Positions 43,519 through 55,068 of a stretch of DNA of 64,000 bases are shown piece by piece. Location: contig CAWCNS010000009.1 in the NCBI GenBank assembly GCA_963796965.1, forward strand, positions 224,001 through 288,000, written 5' to 3'. The stretch comes from Calditrichia bacterium (GTDB lineage: Bacteria > Calditrichota > Calditrichia > JAJRVZ01). The notes under the pieces are model-generated. The model searched no databases. It saw only the letters and a list, made by a program, of their open reading frames with translations, and was not told the origin of the DNA. Each line of letters starts with the position of its first letter. Position 1 is the first letter of the stretch. The translations under genes and the position numbers were made by a program.

Positions 43519-45224
43519 TTAGCGCAAAAGTATCATCTTCTTTACATCCTGAAATTCACCACCGGCATTTATATGGTAGTAATAGACACCACTGGCAAAT
43601 CCTGAGGCATCCCATTCTAATTGATAATATCCGGCCTGCAAACTTTCCGAAACCAATGTAGCCGCTTCTTGCCCTAGAACATTGTAAATTTTTAGCGTAA
43701 CAAATTCACTTTTTTGTATAGAAAATTCAATGGTCGTTGTAGGATTAAAGGGATTCGGATAATTCTGAGAAAGCATGAATTCTTCTGGTATCAGATTCCC
43801 AGATACATTCAGCCCCGATGCAAGATCTACTTTTAAAGTATAACTTTGTGTCACTAATCCACCATTACCATCATCCACCTCGACTGTTATGTCATGATCA
43901 CCAGCATCAGACATATCCGGAGTTCCTTGGATCAAACCGGAGGTGCTGTCAATACTTAGAAAAGTTAGATCCGTGATGAGCCGGTATAGTAACGTGTCGG
44001 CATCCCTGTCTTCTGCCATTACCTGGTATTTATAAAGGGAATCAGGTATAGTACTGTATCTGGTAATGATGTAATCACCGGGGCATAATTAAATCCATAG
44101 ACATATTCATCTGCACCAATATCGGGGAATGACGCGTCGCGCAGTTCCTTATCCATATCATCAATTACCCCTGCTAATGGCGTCGCTGCGCTATCAAGGA
44201 TGGCAGATTTGACATGAAGGTTTGTCTGTGAGGCAAACTGGGGATTAATAGAAAGTGAATTTACATCTTTACTATTGGCAGCTTGTAATGCACTCAGATC
44301 TACAATATTGCTCGTACCCCAGTAGGCCAGATTAACACCGGTAGAATAATAATCATTATAATCTGAGGAAGTTATAGCAGAAGGTGTACTCACAACATAG
44401 GCATAGCCGCCTGCCGGGTTAGCAAATATATTATTGACAATATTGAGATTATTGCCACCGGTCATCTCAAACGAACGGCTGTTGGTTCCAGTCAGACTAT
44501 TCACACTATTGTAATAGATATTCTGACGCGTAGAAGCGTTCAGATAAATACCGCGCGAACTGTTTGCGTAATGACTGATCGTGTTATTGGCTACCAGGCC
44601 GGCTGTACCGACCGGGGCAACTCCGCCATCACATAAATATAAGTAGATGCCATAACCCGAGCCCACCGTAATACGGTTACCCCGAATAACCATCGCACCA
44701 TCACCATACAAAACATAAATCCCCATATCGCCGTCGGACTGTATCGTATTATCCGTTACCAAAAGATCATTAAAATAGGTTAAATCCAGGCCCCGGCGAA
44801 CATTGCTAAAGGTATTGCCAGTTATCTCTGCGCCATCGATAAGAATCGTTTGGCTAATTCCATACATATAAATACCGATGCTGCCCTTTGTAAACGTGTT
44901 ATTACGAAACTGCCACTTACCGCCAAGCATCTGATAAGCATATACGAGTGAAAGATTTATCGATGTTGAGGTGGTCGTAGAGCCGTTCAGCACATTGTCT
45001 TCCATACCAAAATCTTCTACCCCGCCCCAAAGATACATCACACGACCATAACTCACCGAACTGGCATTGTTCGATGCTAATGAAGTTGATTTACAGCCAA
45101 AAAATAATCCGGACAAATCGGATGAGATTGACGGTTCGCTTGGGTTCTTCTTATAGAAAGAATGATCGATGTAAATATCCTTATAACACGAATTAATGAA
45201 TTTTCCATAAAAGATAAACTTCAA
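43519..45224 (-). CDS. Beta-helix plus Ig-like (He_PIG) plus sorting-domain surface protein; frameshift near 44040, N-terminus apparently missing
   Basis: Parallel beta-helix repeats, PDIGADE, NYAPVITS, SIDSTSGLIQGTP, NYPNPFNP…KKMILLR; no signal peptide. Confidence 0.7.
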
Positions 45225-45323
45225 CAGATACTCAAAACCTGGATTATAAAAACATCTGAAGATCTTTAGGTAGGGATGATGATAAAAAGGTTTTTAATAA
45301 ATAGCCTGATTAAGATTAGTCTA

Positions 45324-46815
45324 TCATGACTTAACCACCCAGCCTCTATTTTTAAAATGAAAAAACATGGCAACGATCAGGAGTGCCACGGTTCCAACCG
45401 CACCAATAATGATCTCTTCAATGTCACATTGAAACCATTGCCAGCCGGCCGGCAGATCACGAATAAAAGTACCCCAGGCGATGACCAATATACTGGCGGC
45501 AATCGACACCAGCCCCTGCCAGAGAGAAAGACGGATATTTAACAAAGCCAAAATAAATAAACCGAGTATCCCGCCTCCAAAAATACCTGATATCTGCCAC
45601 CATATATCCAGAGCACTTTGGGCCTGAATGATCAGCAGGGCAAAACCGGTTCCCAGTAAGCCCCAAATAGCCGTCGAAAAACGTAGAAACAATATACTGC
45701 CCTGTTCTCCGATCTCAGGCTTTAGATAGCGTTTATAGAAATCCAAAAATAAAACGGTGGCTGAACAATTTAGAGCGGAATCAACGGTACTCATCGCCGC
45801 GGCGATGATCGCTGCTACGATCAATCCTCTTAATCCGACCGGCAATTCGGTGGCGATGAAATAGGGAAAGACCTGATCCCCTTTGCTGATCGCCTCGCCG
45901 AGTACATGTTCGCTTCCTGAGTAGAAGGCAAATAAGGTTGTTCCAATATAGAGAAAGACGGCGGTCAGGGGGATATAAATAAGCATCGATATCCAGATCG
46001 AACGGGTAGACTTCTTTTACGCTGGAAACAGAAGCATATTTTTGTACATAGTTCTGATCACCAAGAAAATCGCGCAGCATCTCCGTAACCCCATAGATAA
46101 TCATCACCCAGATCGTCCGTGAGGAGAGCGAGAGCTCCCAACTGCCCAGATTGAACTTATTCGCCTCCCAGGCGGAACTAATCAGGAATTCTGGTTGCGA
46201 AAACACCTCTATCGTCAGATAAACGGCACAAAATAAAATGCCAAAAATCATGATTACCGATTGCATGACATCAGTCCAGACAACCGCTTCCATACCCCCA
46301 AGCAGGGTATAGATGATCGTGATCGTTCCAATAACAATGATCACAGCCGCAATATTCCAGGGCACAAAATAACTTAATAATAACCCGGCCAGATAAAGGA
46401 TCACCGCTGCCCTGCCAATCATATACAAGACAAAGGATAGTGCGGCATAAATACGTCCCCAGGCCCCCAGTTTCTCTTCGAGAAAACTATAAACCGAGAT
46501 GATTTTTTTTTCGTGGTAATAGGGGACGACATATTTGTTGACAAACCAGACAACAGGTGGAATAACCAGGACAAAAACAAGCGGATGCCAATTTGTATCA
46601 TATGCTTTTCCGGGCGTAGCAATATAGGAAATACTGCTTGTTGCCGCACTCATAATGGCCAGGGCGGCTGCCCAGGAGGGAATAGTCCTTCCCGCAACCA
46701 TAAACTGTTCAGCCGTGCCTGATTTACGGGTAAAATAAATGCCCATTCCAATCAGGACAAGCGCATAGGTAATTATGATGATGACATCAATCAAATCAAA
46801 ATAACCAAGATTCAT
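45324..46815 (-). CDS. Sodium:solute symporter (SSS); one frameshift near 46005
   Basis: FMVAGRTIPSWA, YTLLGGMEAVVWTD, DQNYVQKY, AAAMSTVDS. Confidence 0.88.
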
Positions 46816-46850
46816 GATTATCCCTTCTAACGTATGACTAGTTTAAAAGA

Positions 46851-47129
46851 TAACCACAAAGGACACAAAGCCCCGATATATATGTCTACATCACGTAGTC
46901 ATAGCAGAATGAAATCCTCTTCCGAAGGAATCCCTTCGGAAGAGGATTTCAAAGGCACAAAGGACACAGAGAAAAGATTCTTTCTATTTATTTAATCTCG
47001 GCTTACAGAGATCTGTGATTTTAAACTATAGCTAAGAGTAAGCAATATCTAAAACCCTAAAATTTATCTTTGTGAACTTTGTGCCTGCTTTGTGTCCTTT
47101 TGCCGAAGGGATCCCTTCGGGAGTGGTTA
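46851..47129. repeat. CACAAAG/CTTTGTG short-period palindromic element with nested hairpins
   Basis: AACCACAAAGGACACAAAG … CTTTGTGTCCTTT|GTGGTTA arms; 40-bp palindrome with perfect 18-bp arms at 46911-46950; 22-bp insert at 47101-47122. Confidence 0.8.
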
Positions 47130-47155
47130 TCTTTTTTCAAATCGGAGGTTCCTGT

Positions 47156-48231
47156 TTAGGGCCAGGTTACGCCCTCCCCCTTGGCCAGAACGCCCCTTCC
47201 CATCAAGACCCTCTCGTCAAGATCTGTGATGCCCCGCATCAGGGTAGACCACACAGCAAACCACTGCAAGGGGATCATTAATACAAAAGGATCCAATAGT
47301 GAATGGAAATCACTGTAATCAGCAGCATCAAAAACAGTAACATGCGCCCCATTATTCTCGCATACATCAACTACCCGCTCAACCAATGTTCGGGAAGAAT
47401 CGGTTCCTTTCAAGATTACAATGGCCGGTTTTTCCCTATCAAACATCTCGGCCGGGCCATGCCGGAATTCCGTTGCATCCATAAACGAACCATTAACCCG
47501 CATATTCTCCATGAAAACGGTCAGACCAAATTTATAACCCAGCCAGAAGTTCGGTCCGCTTGCTAACGTGTATATCATTCGTTCATCAAGGAACTCTTGC
47601 GCTAGTTTTTTCGCTGGCTCACGCTCCTGCTCATACTGGCGGGAAAAAGCTCCGGCAGCCGATGAATATCCGCAACAATTTCTTCTGTCCCCTCTGCCCC
47701 ATGCAGCCGGGCCAGCTCAAGCGCAAACAGATAGACCGCTGCCATCGGAAGAACATAGAGGGCTTTGGATTTGTAGGGAATCACTTCTTTTGCTTCACGT
47801 CCCAATAAACTGTCTGCCTTGTCTACAAGGGAGATAGTCGTTGCGCCACAGGCGTTGGCATGTCTAAGGGCCTCTACCGTATCCTCTGTCGCTCCGGAGT
47901 ATGACGATACAAAAACCCAGGCATTCTTATTTAATCTTTTTGGATTTCGCCATACGAATTCATATGAGATTAACACATCAGTAGTCAGGTCAGTCATTTG
48001 ATCGAGGATGTATTTTCCTGGAGCGAGATTAAGCCAGGAGTTCCCACTGCCCACCCAATAGATCTGCTCGACTTTTTCGTCGAAGGCGCGCTTCGCGAGT
48101 GCCTGAATCCGCGCTTCTTCATCCTTCAAAAATCGTTTGAGATCAGGCGCCAGAACAGGCGCACTAAAAAGCATACTGTCGATCCCTTTTTCGACCAGAT
48201 TTTCCAATTCCATGTTTTCTATTTTTTCCAT
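47156..48231 (-). CDS. SIS-domain protein, fructoselysine-6-phosphate deglycase (FrlB)-like; one frameshift near 47640
   Basis: VGSGNS, SSYSGATEDT, TLASGP, EFRHGPAE. Confidence 0.8.
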
Positions 48232-48453
48232 TTTCTTAACCCTCCAAAAAGAATGCTAATTATTTATAGTTTGTATCATAAGATACTATTTTATTAAATA
48301 TATTTTTTATACCATTATCTCCGTTGTCTTGACTTCACTATGACCTCACCCCTTGACCAATGCTCAGAATAAACCAAAGCCTTTGCCCTTCCCCTCTCCT
48401 CTCAGGAGAGGGGATTAAGGGGTGAGGTCTATAACAATCAGCACAACTATACC

Positions 48454-49467
48454 CTAATCCATTCCGACCATCAATTTCAGTGTATCAGGACCACCAAAGA
48501 TCTTAAAAACATCCAGGTAATCATCGATCCCAATATGGTGGGATATCAAATTGTCTACCTGTACTTTCCCGCTGCCTAGCAATTGGACCGCCCGCGCTGT
48601 GGCAAAAGGGTTATTAAATGAACCATGAATACTTATCTCGGCATCATTGATATAAAAGGGATCGATCTCGATCTTGCTTCCTTCCGGACTACAGCCAAAC
48701 CAAACGACTGTTCCTCCTTTCCGGATGTAATAGACCGATTGCGCTTGTATCTTCAAATTACCTGAAGCCTCAAAGATCACGTCCGCTCCAATGGTGCGAA
48801 GTTTTCGAAGCTCTTTATCAATATCCTGATTTATTGGATCCAACACGTGTGTGGCGCCATTTTCCATGGCAATTTCACGGCGGTGGGCAATCGGCTCGCT
48901 AACGATCACTTGAGCCGCACCGGCTAAGGCACATAATTGGGTGAGTAGATTGCCCATACCCCCTGCGCCTAAAATCAAGACGGTATCCCCGTGCTGTACA
49001 TGACCCATTTCTAATCCATGCACGGCGCATGCTAATGGTTCAGTGAATGCTGCCGCCTCAAAACTGACAGTATCGGGAATTTTATAGACATTACTTTCAA
49101 CCATCACACAATACTCGGCATCTGCCCCATCGATATGAACGCCCATGGAGGATAGGTTTACACACAAATGTTCTTTTCCCATACGGCAATAATCGCATCG
49201 CCGGCACGTACGATTCGGATCTACCGTCACCCTATCGCCAATTTCCAGACTTTTGACATCAGTTCCGGTAGCGACAACCTCACCCGCAAACTCGTGGCCA
49301 ATAATTACAGGATAATTAGCCGGGAAACCGCCGGTGTACAATGAATGGTCGGTTCCACAAACACCACAGGCTTTAATCCGAATTAACACTTCATTTTCTT
49401 TTGGGGTCGGGACATCTTTTTCGATAACCCTAATATCTCCCGGCTTATAGATTACGGCGGCCTTCAT
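48454..49467 (-). CDS. Zn-dependent (MDR) sugar-alcohol dehydrogenase
   Basis: GVCGTD, GHEFAG, CxxCxxC…C, EPLAC, GAGGMG. Confidence 0.92.
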   Translation of the reverse strand: MKAAVIYKPGDIRVIEKDVPTPKENEVLIRIKACGVCGTDHSLYTGGFPANYPVIIGHEFAGEVVATGTDVKSLEIGDRVTVDPNRTCRRCDYCRMGKEHLCVNLSSMGVHIDGADAEYCVMVESNVYKIPDTVSFEAAAFTEPLACAVHGLEMGHVQHGDTVLILGAGGMGNLLTQLCALAGAAQVIVSEPIAHRREIAMENGATHVLDPINQDIDKELRKLRTIGADVIFEASGNLKIQAQSVYYIRKGGTVVWFGCSPEGSKIEIDPFYINDAEISIHGSFNNPFATARAVQLLGSGKVQVDNLISHHIGIDDYLDVFKIFGGPDTLKLMVGMD

Positions 49468-49539
49468 CGGATCATTCTCCTCAATAGTGATAAGACATTA
49501 AAACAAGTTCAGTGTGACTTATTTGTCATCCCCTTTATT

Positions 49540-49723
49540 GGGGCTGTTGCAGTTTAGGTTTTTATTAGCCAAAACTGAATTTATTCTATCGATTAAGCAA
49601 AATCTATTCCCCATTAGAAAGGGGGTTAGTCCCGTAGAACGGGATTAGTCCCCCTTTCCAAGGGGGAGACAGGTCCTGGCTTCACTAAGAATTGTACAAT
49701 TTATCCGATACTGCAACAGCCCC
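49540..49723. mobile_element. 184-bp MITE (IS5/IS4-like ends) with a 4-bp target duplication
   Basis: Perfect 14-bp TIR GGGGCTGTTGCAGT / ACTGCAACAGCCCC; TATT at 49536-49539 and 49724-49727. Confidence 0.85.
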
Positions 49724-49856
49724 TATTAAGGGGAAATTCGATCTCAGTTTCATGTTAAAATTGTACTAACTCACCAAATCAAATTGTTACCTTTATTCTG
49801 AAGTATTACACCGCTGGCGAACTTAATTCAGGATCTAATTGGCATAATTAAAATTT

Positions 49857-51035
49857 TTAATGACCACCCAATGCCCAATAAGACATGGCCGGTTCCATAC
49901 ACGCTTCCAGGAGCAGGTCAAAATCATCCGGGCCTGCCGGGCGGGGGCTGGATGCATCCCAGCCGGGTCGATTGACAAGTTCCTTCACTTTGCTAAGATC
50001 GTCCACACCAATGGCCTTTAAACCTAATGGTAAACCGACATCCTCGATTAATTCCCGGATCGTAGTGGGCGCCAGCATTGCAGCCTCACGAAGACTCAAT
50101 TCGCTAATATCCTCACCCATCAATTCCGCAATTGTGGCGAACTTTTCCATGGCGGCGAAGCAGTTGTATTCCATCGTAGCAGGTAAACATAACGCAACAC
50201 TCAGGCCATGACCCACATTGTAAACACCCCCAACCGCTTCGCCAATCACATGGGCCAGGCAGCTATCAGACTGCGTAATCGCCATTCCCGCCAGCGTATT
50301 GGCCAGCATCATGTTATAACGGGCAACCCTATCTTTACCGTCGTATACCGCTTTTCGTAAATTGTCTGAAACTAGCCCAATCGCTTGAACCGCCAGGGCA
50401 TCGACGACGGGCGTGGAAAATTTACAGTAATACGCTTCCATGGCGTGAGAAAGGGCATCCAGCCCGGTTTCCGCTGTGATATGGGGGGGTAAATCTAATG
50501 TCAATAGTGGATCACAGATCGACAACCTGGGAAAAAACTGTGGTAAGGCAAATCCTTCCTTTTGCTTCAATTCACGATGGCTGACCACCGTAAAGAAGGT
50601 GGCTTCCGAACCGGTTCCTGCCGTTGTGGTTATGGCAACGACCGGGAGTGAATCATGGGTTACCGGAGCACCTTTGTAAATCTCCCAGATATCTTTGTTT
50701 TCACTGGCAACAACGGAAATACCTTTGGCTGCATCTATGGCGCTGCCCCCACCAAGAGCAATGATGACATCACAATTCTCTGTTCTCGCGAGTTCACCAC
50801 CACGATTAATCAACTTATGATCAGGATTGGTTTCAACCTCACGGTAAACCACAACCGAAACCCCGTTATCCTTTAATAAACTGATCGCTCTATCGAGCCA
50901 ATTCTCAAGTGTATCATCGGGATAGGTGACAATTAATGCCCGTTTACCAATTTGGGATACCTCTTCGCCCAGGATATTGAATTTTCCATTTCCAAATACT
51001 ATCCGGGTTGGGATAGAAAAACCAAAATCTTTCAT
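49857..51035 (-). CDS. Iron-containing alcohol dehydrogenase
   Basis: ALGGGSAIDAAK, TTAGTGSE, GLDALSHAME, AHVIGE, VGHG. Confidence 0.92.
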   Translation of the reverse strand: MKDFGFSIPTRIVFGNGKFNILGEEVSQIGKRALIVTYPDDTLENWLDRAISLLKDNGVSVVVYREVETNPDHKLINRGGELARTENCDVIIALGGGSAIDAAKGISVVASENKDIWEIYKGAPVTHDSLPVVAITTTAGTGSEATFFTVVSHRELKQKEGFALPQFFPRLSICDPLLTLDLPPHITAETGLDALSHAMEAYYCKFSTPVVDALAVQAIGLVSDNLRKAVYDGKDRVARYNMMLANTLAGMAITQSDSCLAHVIGEAVGGVYNVGHGLSVALCLPATMEYNCFAAMEKFATIAELMGEDISELSLREAAMLAPTTIRELIEDVGLPLGLKAIGVDDLSKVKELVNRPGWDASSPRPAGPDDFDLLLEACMEPAMSYWALGGH

Positions 51036-51122
51036 CGATTTACCTCCAAACTTCAGTCAAGCGTTTCTGTATATCAACAAATCTCCTCATCAAGGTTACT
51101 TCATAGCCTGAATAATTTATCT

Positions 51123-51277
51123 CTCGCTAAGACGCAAAGACGCAGAGGACGCAGAGTAATTTTATGTGTTTTGGATCTCAAAACAACTTAGTAACTTATT
51201 TAAAAACCAAAATTATAAGCAGAGCACAGATAAACTCTAAAAAATCTTTTCTCTGCGTCTTTGCGTCTTTGCGTGAG
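51123..51277. repeat. GACGCAAA/GACGCAGAG short-period palindromic element (related arms at about 2515-2545, 25985-26060, 52564-52578, 53604-53613)
   Basis: CGCTAAGACGCAAAGACGCAGAG pairs with CTCTGCGTCTTTGCGTCTTTGCG. Confidence 0.8.
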
Positions 51278-51291
51278 GAAAACATGATAGA

Positions 51292-52104
51292 TCAAGCTAG
51301 CAATGATTCATCACAATTTTCAGCCGATAGGTTCACCAATGTTGTAGAAATACCCTTGTTATCAAGAAATTCAATATAGTTCTTTTCAATACAATCATCT
51401 GTAATCACCTGATCAATATCCTCCCAGGGACACACCTTGTATGGCGCATTGACACCAAATTTTGTTGAATCTGCCACCATGATTACCTGGTCACTATTTT
51501 GGATCATCAGCTGTTTCATAGGAACTTCTTCCAGAACAATATTTGATACGCCCACATCCATGCTGGCGGCGTCAATTCCGAGAAATACCTTGTTGGCACG
51601 GATGTTTCTCAAGGCTATTTCTGTATAGGGGCCATAAAGCGAATAAAACGATCGACGCAAAATACCACCAAGCACGATGACGTTAATATTTTTTACTGAG
51701 CCAAGCGTATGGGCAACTGCGATATCGCACGTTACAACGGTTACATTTTCAAATTGTTGATTCCGCAGGTTCTGCGCAATTTGTGCATTGGTGGTCCCCG
51801 AATCTAGAATGATGGTTTCATTGTCCCTGATCAGGTCCACTGCCGCTTGCCCAATCAACCGTTTGTTCTCTTTATTGACATGTACCTTTGTTTCATAAAC
51901 CGGCTCACTGCCGCTGGCCAAAAAGTCAACATCATAAGAACCGCCATGATCGAGACGTATCAGGCTTTGTTCTTTCAGCGCTTTCAAATCTCTTCGGATT
52001 GTTGCTGTCGTAACTTCAAATATGGATGCGAGATCCTCATTTTTAACAAATCCTCTCTCACGAATGAGTTGCAGAATTTTCGCTTGTCTTTCCGCTCGCA
52101 TCAT
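51292..52104 (-). CDS. DeoR/GlpR family transcriptional regulator
   Basis: ERQAKIL…VTTATIRRDL, IILDSGTT, VADSTKFG. Confidence 0.93.
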   Translation of the reverse strand: MMRAERQAKILQLIRERGFVKNEDLASIFEVTTATIRRDLKALKEQSLIRLDHGGSYDVDFLASGSEPVYETKVHVNKENKRLIGQAAVDLIRDNETIILDSGTTNAQIAQNLRNQQFENVTVVTCDIAVAHTLGSVKNINVIVLGGILRRSFYSLYGPYTEIALRNIRANKVFLGIDAASMDVGVSNIVLEEVPMKQLMIQNSDQVIMVADSTKFGVNAPYKVCPWEDIDQVITDDCIEKNYIEFLDNKGISTTLVNLSAENCDESLLA

Positions 52105-52159
52105 ATATCTACCCCAATCAAACAAAAAAGAACACAAATAGTCTTATTTATATCTGATT

Positions 52160-52188
52160 ATTATACAATTAAAGTAATTTGAAGTCAA
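52160..52188 (-). promoter_or_regulatory. Sigma70-type promoter for the deoR-side operon
   Basis: TTGACT, 17 bp, TATAAT on the minus strand. Confidence 0.75.
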
Positions 52189-52284
52189 ATATTTCTTAAA
52201 TGATCAGTAATGTGTGTTAAGATGCTTAAAATTCCATAAATCAGGGCAATTTAAACAAGAACAAACATAAACAAACAGTATATA

Positions 52285-52313
52285 TTGACTTTCATGTTTT
52301 TTTATTTTACAAT
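52285..52313 (+). promoter_or_regulatory. Sigma70-type promoter for the aldolase-side operon
   Basis: TTGACT, 17 bp, TACAAT; preceded by ACAAACA repeats. Confidence 0.75.
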
Positions 52314-52652
52314 AGGAGTGTTTTAGCGTCAGGGCAGTGAATTCTGTCTGAATTGATTAATTTGATCTATTCGTAACACAGCCACTGTCTGCTCCAAAGG
52401 AGTCCTTCGGACAAATAATTTTCAATTTACAAATGACATAATCCAAATAATAACCAAACTCCAAAGTATCAATAACAATAATTTGTTCATTTTAAAACAT
52501 GGAAGTTGTGATTTGATATTTATTTGATAATTGAAATTTGTGATTTGTCATTTCAAAAACATTGCGTCTTTGCGAGAGATGAATTATCGGGGTTAATCAA
52601 TAATAATTAACTATACGTTTTTTCTTTATGACATAAAAATAGCAGGGCAAAC

Positions 52653-53585
52653 ATGAAACTTTCCGGAATTATTGCAGCAGCACTTACGCCTCTAAACAAC
52701 AATGGTGAGGATCTTGCTGAAAACCAGAAATTTGAACAGTACTATAAATTTCTACTCGAACGAGAAATAAATGGTCTTCTTATAGGTGGAACCACAGGAG
52801 AAGGACCGATTCTATCCCTTCAGGAACGTAAGCACGTTGCCGGGTTAGCCGTTTCAATCGTTGCTAACCAAATTCCCGTTATCATACACGCTGGATGCAA
52901 TTCGACCATTGAAACCATCGAACTTGCTCAACATGCAAAATCCATGCGCGCGGATGGGATCGCGGTGATCAGTCCCTATTTTTACACGTATGACTCTCAA
53001 GCGAACTTTAACCATTTTCGTCGCGTTGCCGATAGTGTACCTGGCTTACCTGTCTATCTATATCATTTACCTTCGTTTACGCATAATGATATTCCGTCTG
53101 CGTTAATACCCAAGCTTTTCGAAGCCTGTCCAAATATTGTTGGAATCAAGCACAGTGACGATGACCAGACGCGCCTGCAGGAATACCGCCAGGTTGCCGG
53201 GGAGGATTTCTGCATTCTGAGCGGGGATGACTCAGTAGCCTTGACGGCCCTCTCTAATAGTGCAAATGGTTGCGTTAGTGGAAAGTCATCAACCTTCCCC
53301 GAGATGATGGTCGCTATTTACCAGGCATTTAAATCCGGAGACCTGATTAAGGCCCGTAAACTGCAATCAAATCTTAATACGCTACTTGGCGGGTTATTGG
53401 ATAGTGAAGTTGGCACAGATTTAGCCTATTTTAAATCAGCCTTACGCTACCGTGGCCTTGATGTCGGTGGTTTGCGTTCACCGCAACGGACCCTTACCAG
53501 GGATGAAGAAAAGATTTTATTCTCCGGATTGGACAAACTAAAAACGATCAGTAATCCGGCAGATAGCTGGCTTTTCCCGGATTAA
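52653..53585 (+). CDS. DHDPS/N-acetylneuraminate-lyase family class I aldolase
   Basis: GGTTGEG, YLYHLP, IVGIKHS (Schiff-base Lys), LSGDD. Confidence 0.9.
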   Translation: MKLSGIIAAALTPLNNNGEDLAENQKFEQYYKFLLEREINGLLIGGTTGEGPILSLQERKHVAGLAVSIVANQIPVIIHAGCNSTIETIELAQHAKSMRADGIAVISPYFYTYDSQANFNHFRRVADSVPGLPVYLYHLPSFTHNDIPSALIPKLFEACPNIVGIKHSDDDQTRLQEYRQVAGEDFCILSGDDSVALTALSNSANGCVSGKSSTFPEMMVAIYQAFKSGDLIKARKLQSNLNTLLGGLLDSEVGTDLAYFKSALRYRGLDVGGLRSPQRTLTRDEEKILFSGLDKLKTISNPADSWLFPD

Positions 53586-53702
53586 TTAGATCGGATAATT
53601 AATCTCACGCAGAGATACAAATAAGAGCAAAGATTAAAGATTAAAGATTAAAGAAAAATACTTAAGAAATTTTCGTCCATTTTTAAATAACCTATAATCG
53701 AA

Positions 53703-53789
53703 TTCCCCCTTTGAAGGGGGTTAGGGGGATGTAATTAAATAACTTAGAGCAAAAAACATCCCCCTTAGTCCCCCTTTCCAAGGGGGAAA
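53703..53789. repeat. Paired REP-like CCCCCTT…AAGGGGG hairpins
   Basis: TCCCCCTTTGAAGGGGGTTAGGGGGATGT…ACATCCCCCTTAGTCCCCCTTTCCAAGGGGGAA; a related copy lies inside the MITE at about 49608-49670. Confidence 0.8.
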
Positions 53790-53887
53790 CAGATTTGAGC
53801 AACAATGACACATTATCAAATCTACCAAAATTTGGATTTTGTCATTTGTAAATTGAAATTTATAAACAGGGATTAAAGATTACCAAT

Positions 53888-54889
53888 ATGAATAACATCG
53901 ACAAATTGCTTCATGAGATTCAAAACGAGAATTCGGTATGTGTCATTGGAAACCTGAATGTCGATTTGATTATCCGTAATGTGCCCCATCTTCCAAAATG
54001 GGGGCAGGAAGTGTTGGGAACCGATCAGGTATTAGTTTCTTCGGGACAGGCCGGTTATCTGGCCTTTGCCTTGAGTCGTCTTGGCGTGTCTGCAAGCCTG
54101 ATAGGCAATATTGGTCAAGATTTGTACGGCGACCAAATTCTCTCTGATCTTCGTCGTTTCGACCTGGATATATCAGGCGTCGAGATAAATCCCAACTACC
54201 CCACCGGGATCGCCGTGGCAATCGTTCGCCCGGACGGCGAAAGGGCTTTTGTGACAAATTTAGGTTCCATGGCTGTTTTCGAAAAGCGAAATATCGAACA
54301 GCACTGGAACGTGCTTCGTAAGTCAAGTCTGGTTACTCTGGTGGGTTTATTCATGCTCCCTGGTTTGGGAATTGATGGGGCAATCGATTTTATGTCCCGT
54401 GCTCATAAAGAAGGTAAAGTGACCATGCTCGACACAGGTTGGGATCCGGATAACTGGCCCGATAATACAATCCGCGGCATGAGGCGTTTGCTGCAGGAAG
54501 TACGTCTCTTCTTACCCAATCTTGATGAGGCACGAGCTATCACGGGTGAAAAGACAGTTGAAAAAGCATTAGACCAGATTCAATTGATGGGCCCAGAATT
54601 GGTTATTATCAAATGTGGCGCGGAAGGGAGTTTTACCCGCATCAACAATAAAACAATCCATGTCGAGGCCAGACCGGTATCCGTCTTCGATGCTGTGGGG
54701 GCCGGTGATGTTTTTAACGCTGGCTTGATAACCGCACTCCGCTGGGGATGGCCTATCGAAGCCTGTATGGGTTTCGGTAATACGGCCTCATCATTGTATA
54801 TTTCCCGTTCTGAAGATCGGTTTCCTAAACTTGAGGAAGTTATATCAACTGCCAGATCAACCTATTCCTTTATCCCGGATACCCCATAA
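53888..54889 (+). CDS. PfkB-family carbohydrate kinase
   Basis: GNLNVD, GNIGQDLYG, PNLDEA, DAVGAGDVFNAG. Confidence 0.93.
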   Translation: MNNIDKLLHEIQNENSVCVIGNLNVDLIIRNVPHLPKWGQEVLGTDQVLVSSGQAGYLAFALSRLGVSASLIGNIGQDLYGDQILSDLRRFDLDISGVEINPNYPTGIAVAIVRPDGERAFVTNLGSMAVFEKRNIEQHWNVLRKSSLVTLVGLFMLPGLGIDGAIDFMSRAHKEGKVTMLDTGWDPDNWPDNTIRGMRRLLQEVRLFLPNLDEARAITGEKTVEKALDQIQLMGPELVIIKCGAEGSFTRINNKTIHVEARPVSVFDAVGAGDVFNAGLITALRWGWPIEACMGFGNTASSLYISRSEDRFPKLEEVISTARSTYSFIPDTP

Positions 54890-54909
54890 TTTTAAATCTG
54901 GTATAAAGG

Positions 54910-54978
54910 TCACTCTGAACTTTATTCGGAATCTCTTAATAATCAATCACTTAGATCCTGAAACAAGTTCAGGATGAT
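54910..54978. repeat. GTCATCCTGA-type REP-like hairpin (relatives at about 20924, 49490, 56540)
   Basis: GTCACTCTGAACTT…AGATCCTGAAACAAGTTCAGGATGA. Confidence 0.6.
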
Positions 54979-55068
54979 ATAGTGGTTAACACAATATATG
55001 TTCATATTTTAAGCTCGATAATCTGTAAACACCCAGGTAGGATATGACACTAAAATATTAGGAGGAAC

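Noticed and set aside
52653..53585. Calling the aldolase dapA or nanA
   Set aside because: Family motifs are clear but specificity cannot be read from them. The catabolic context argues against lysine biosynthesis, and no nanE/nanK-type set is evident.
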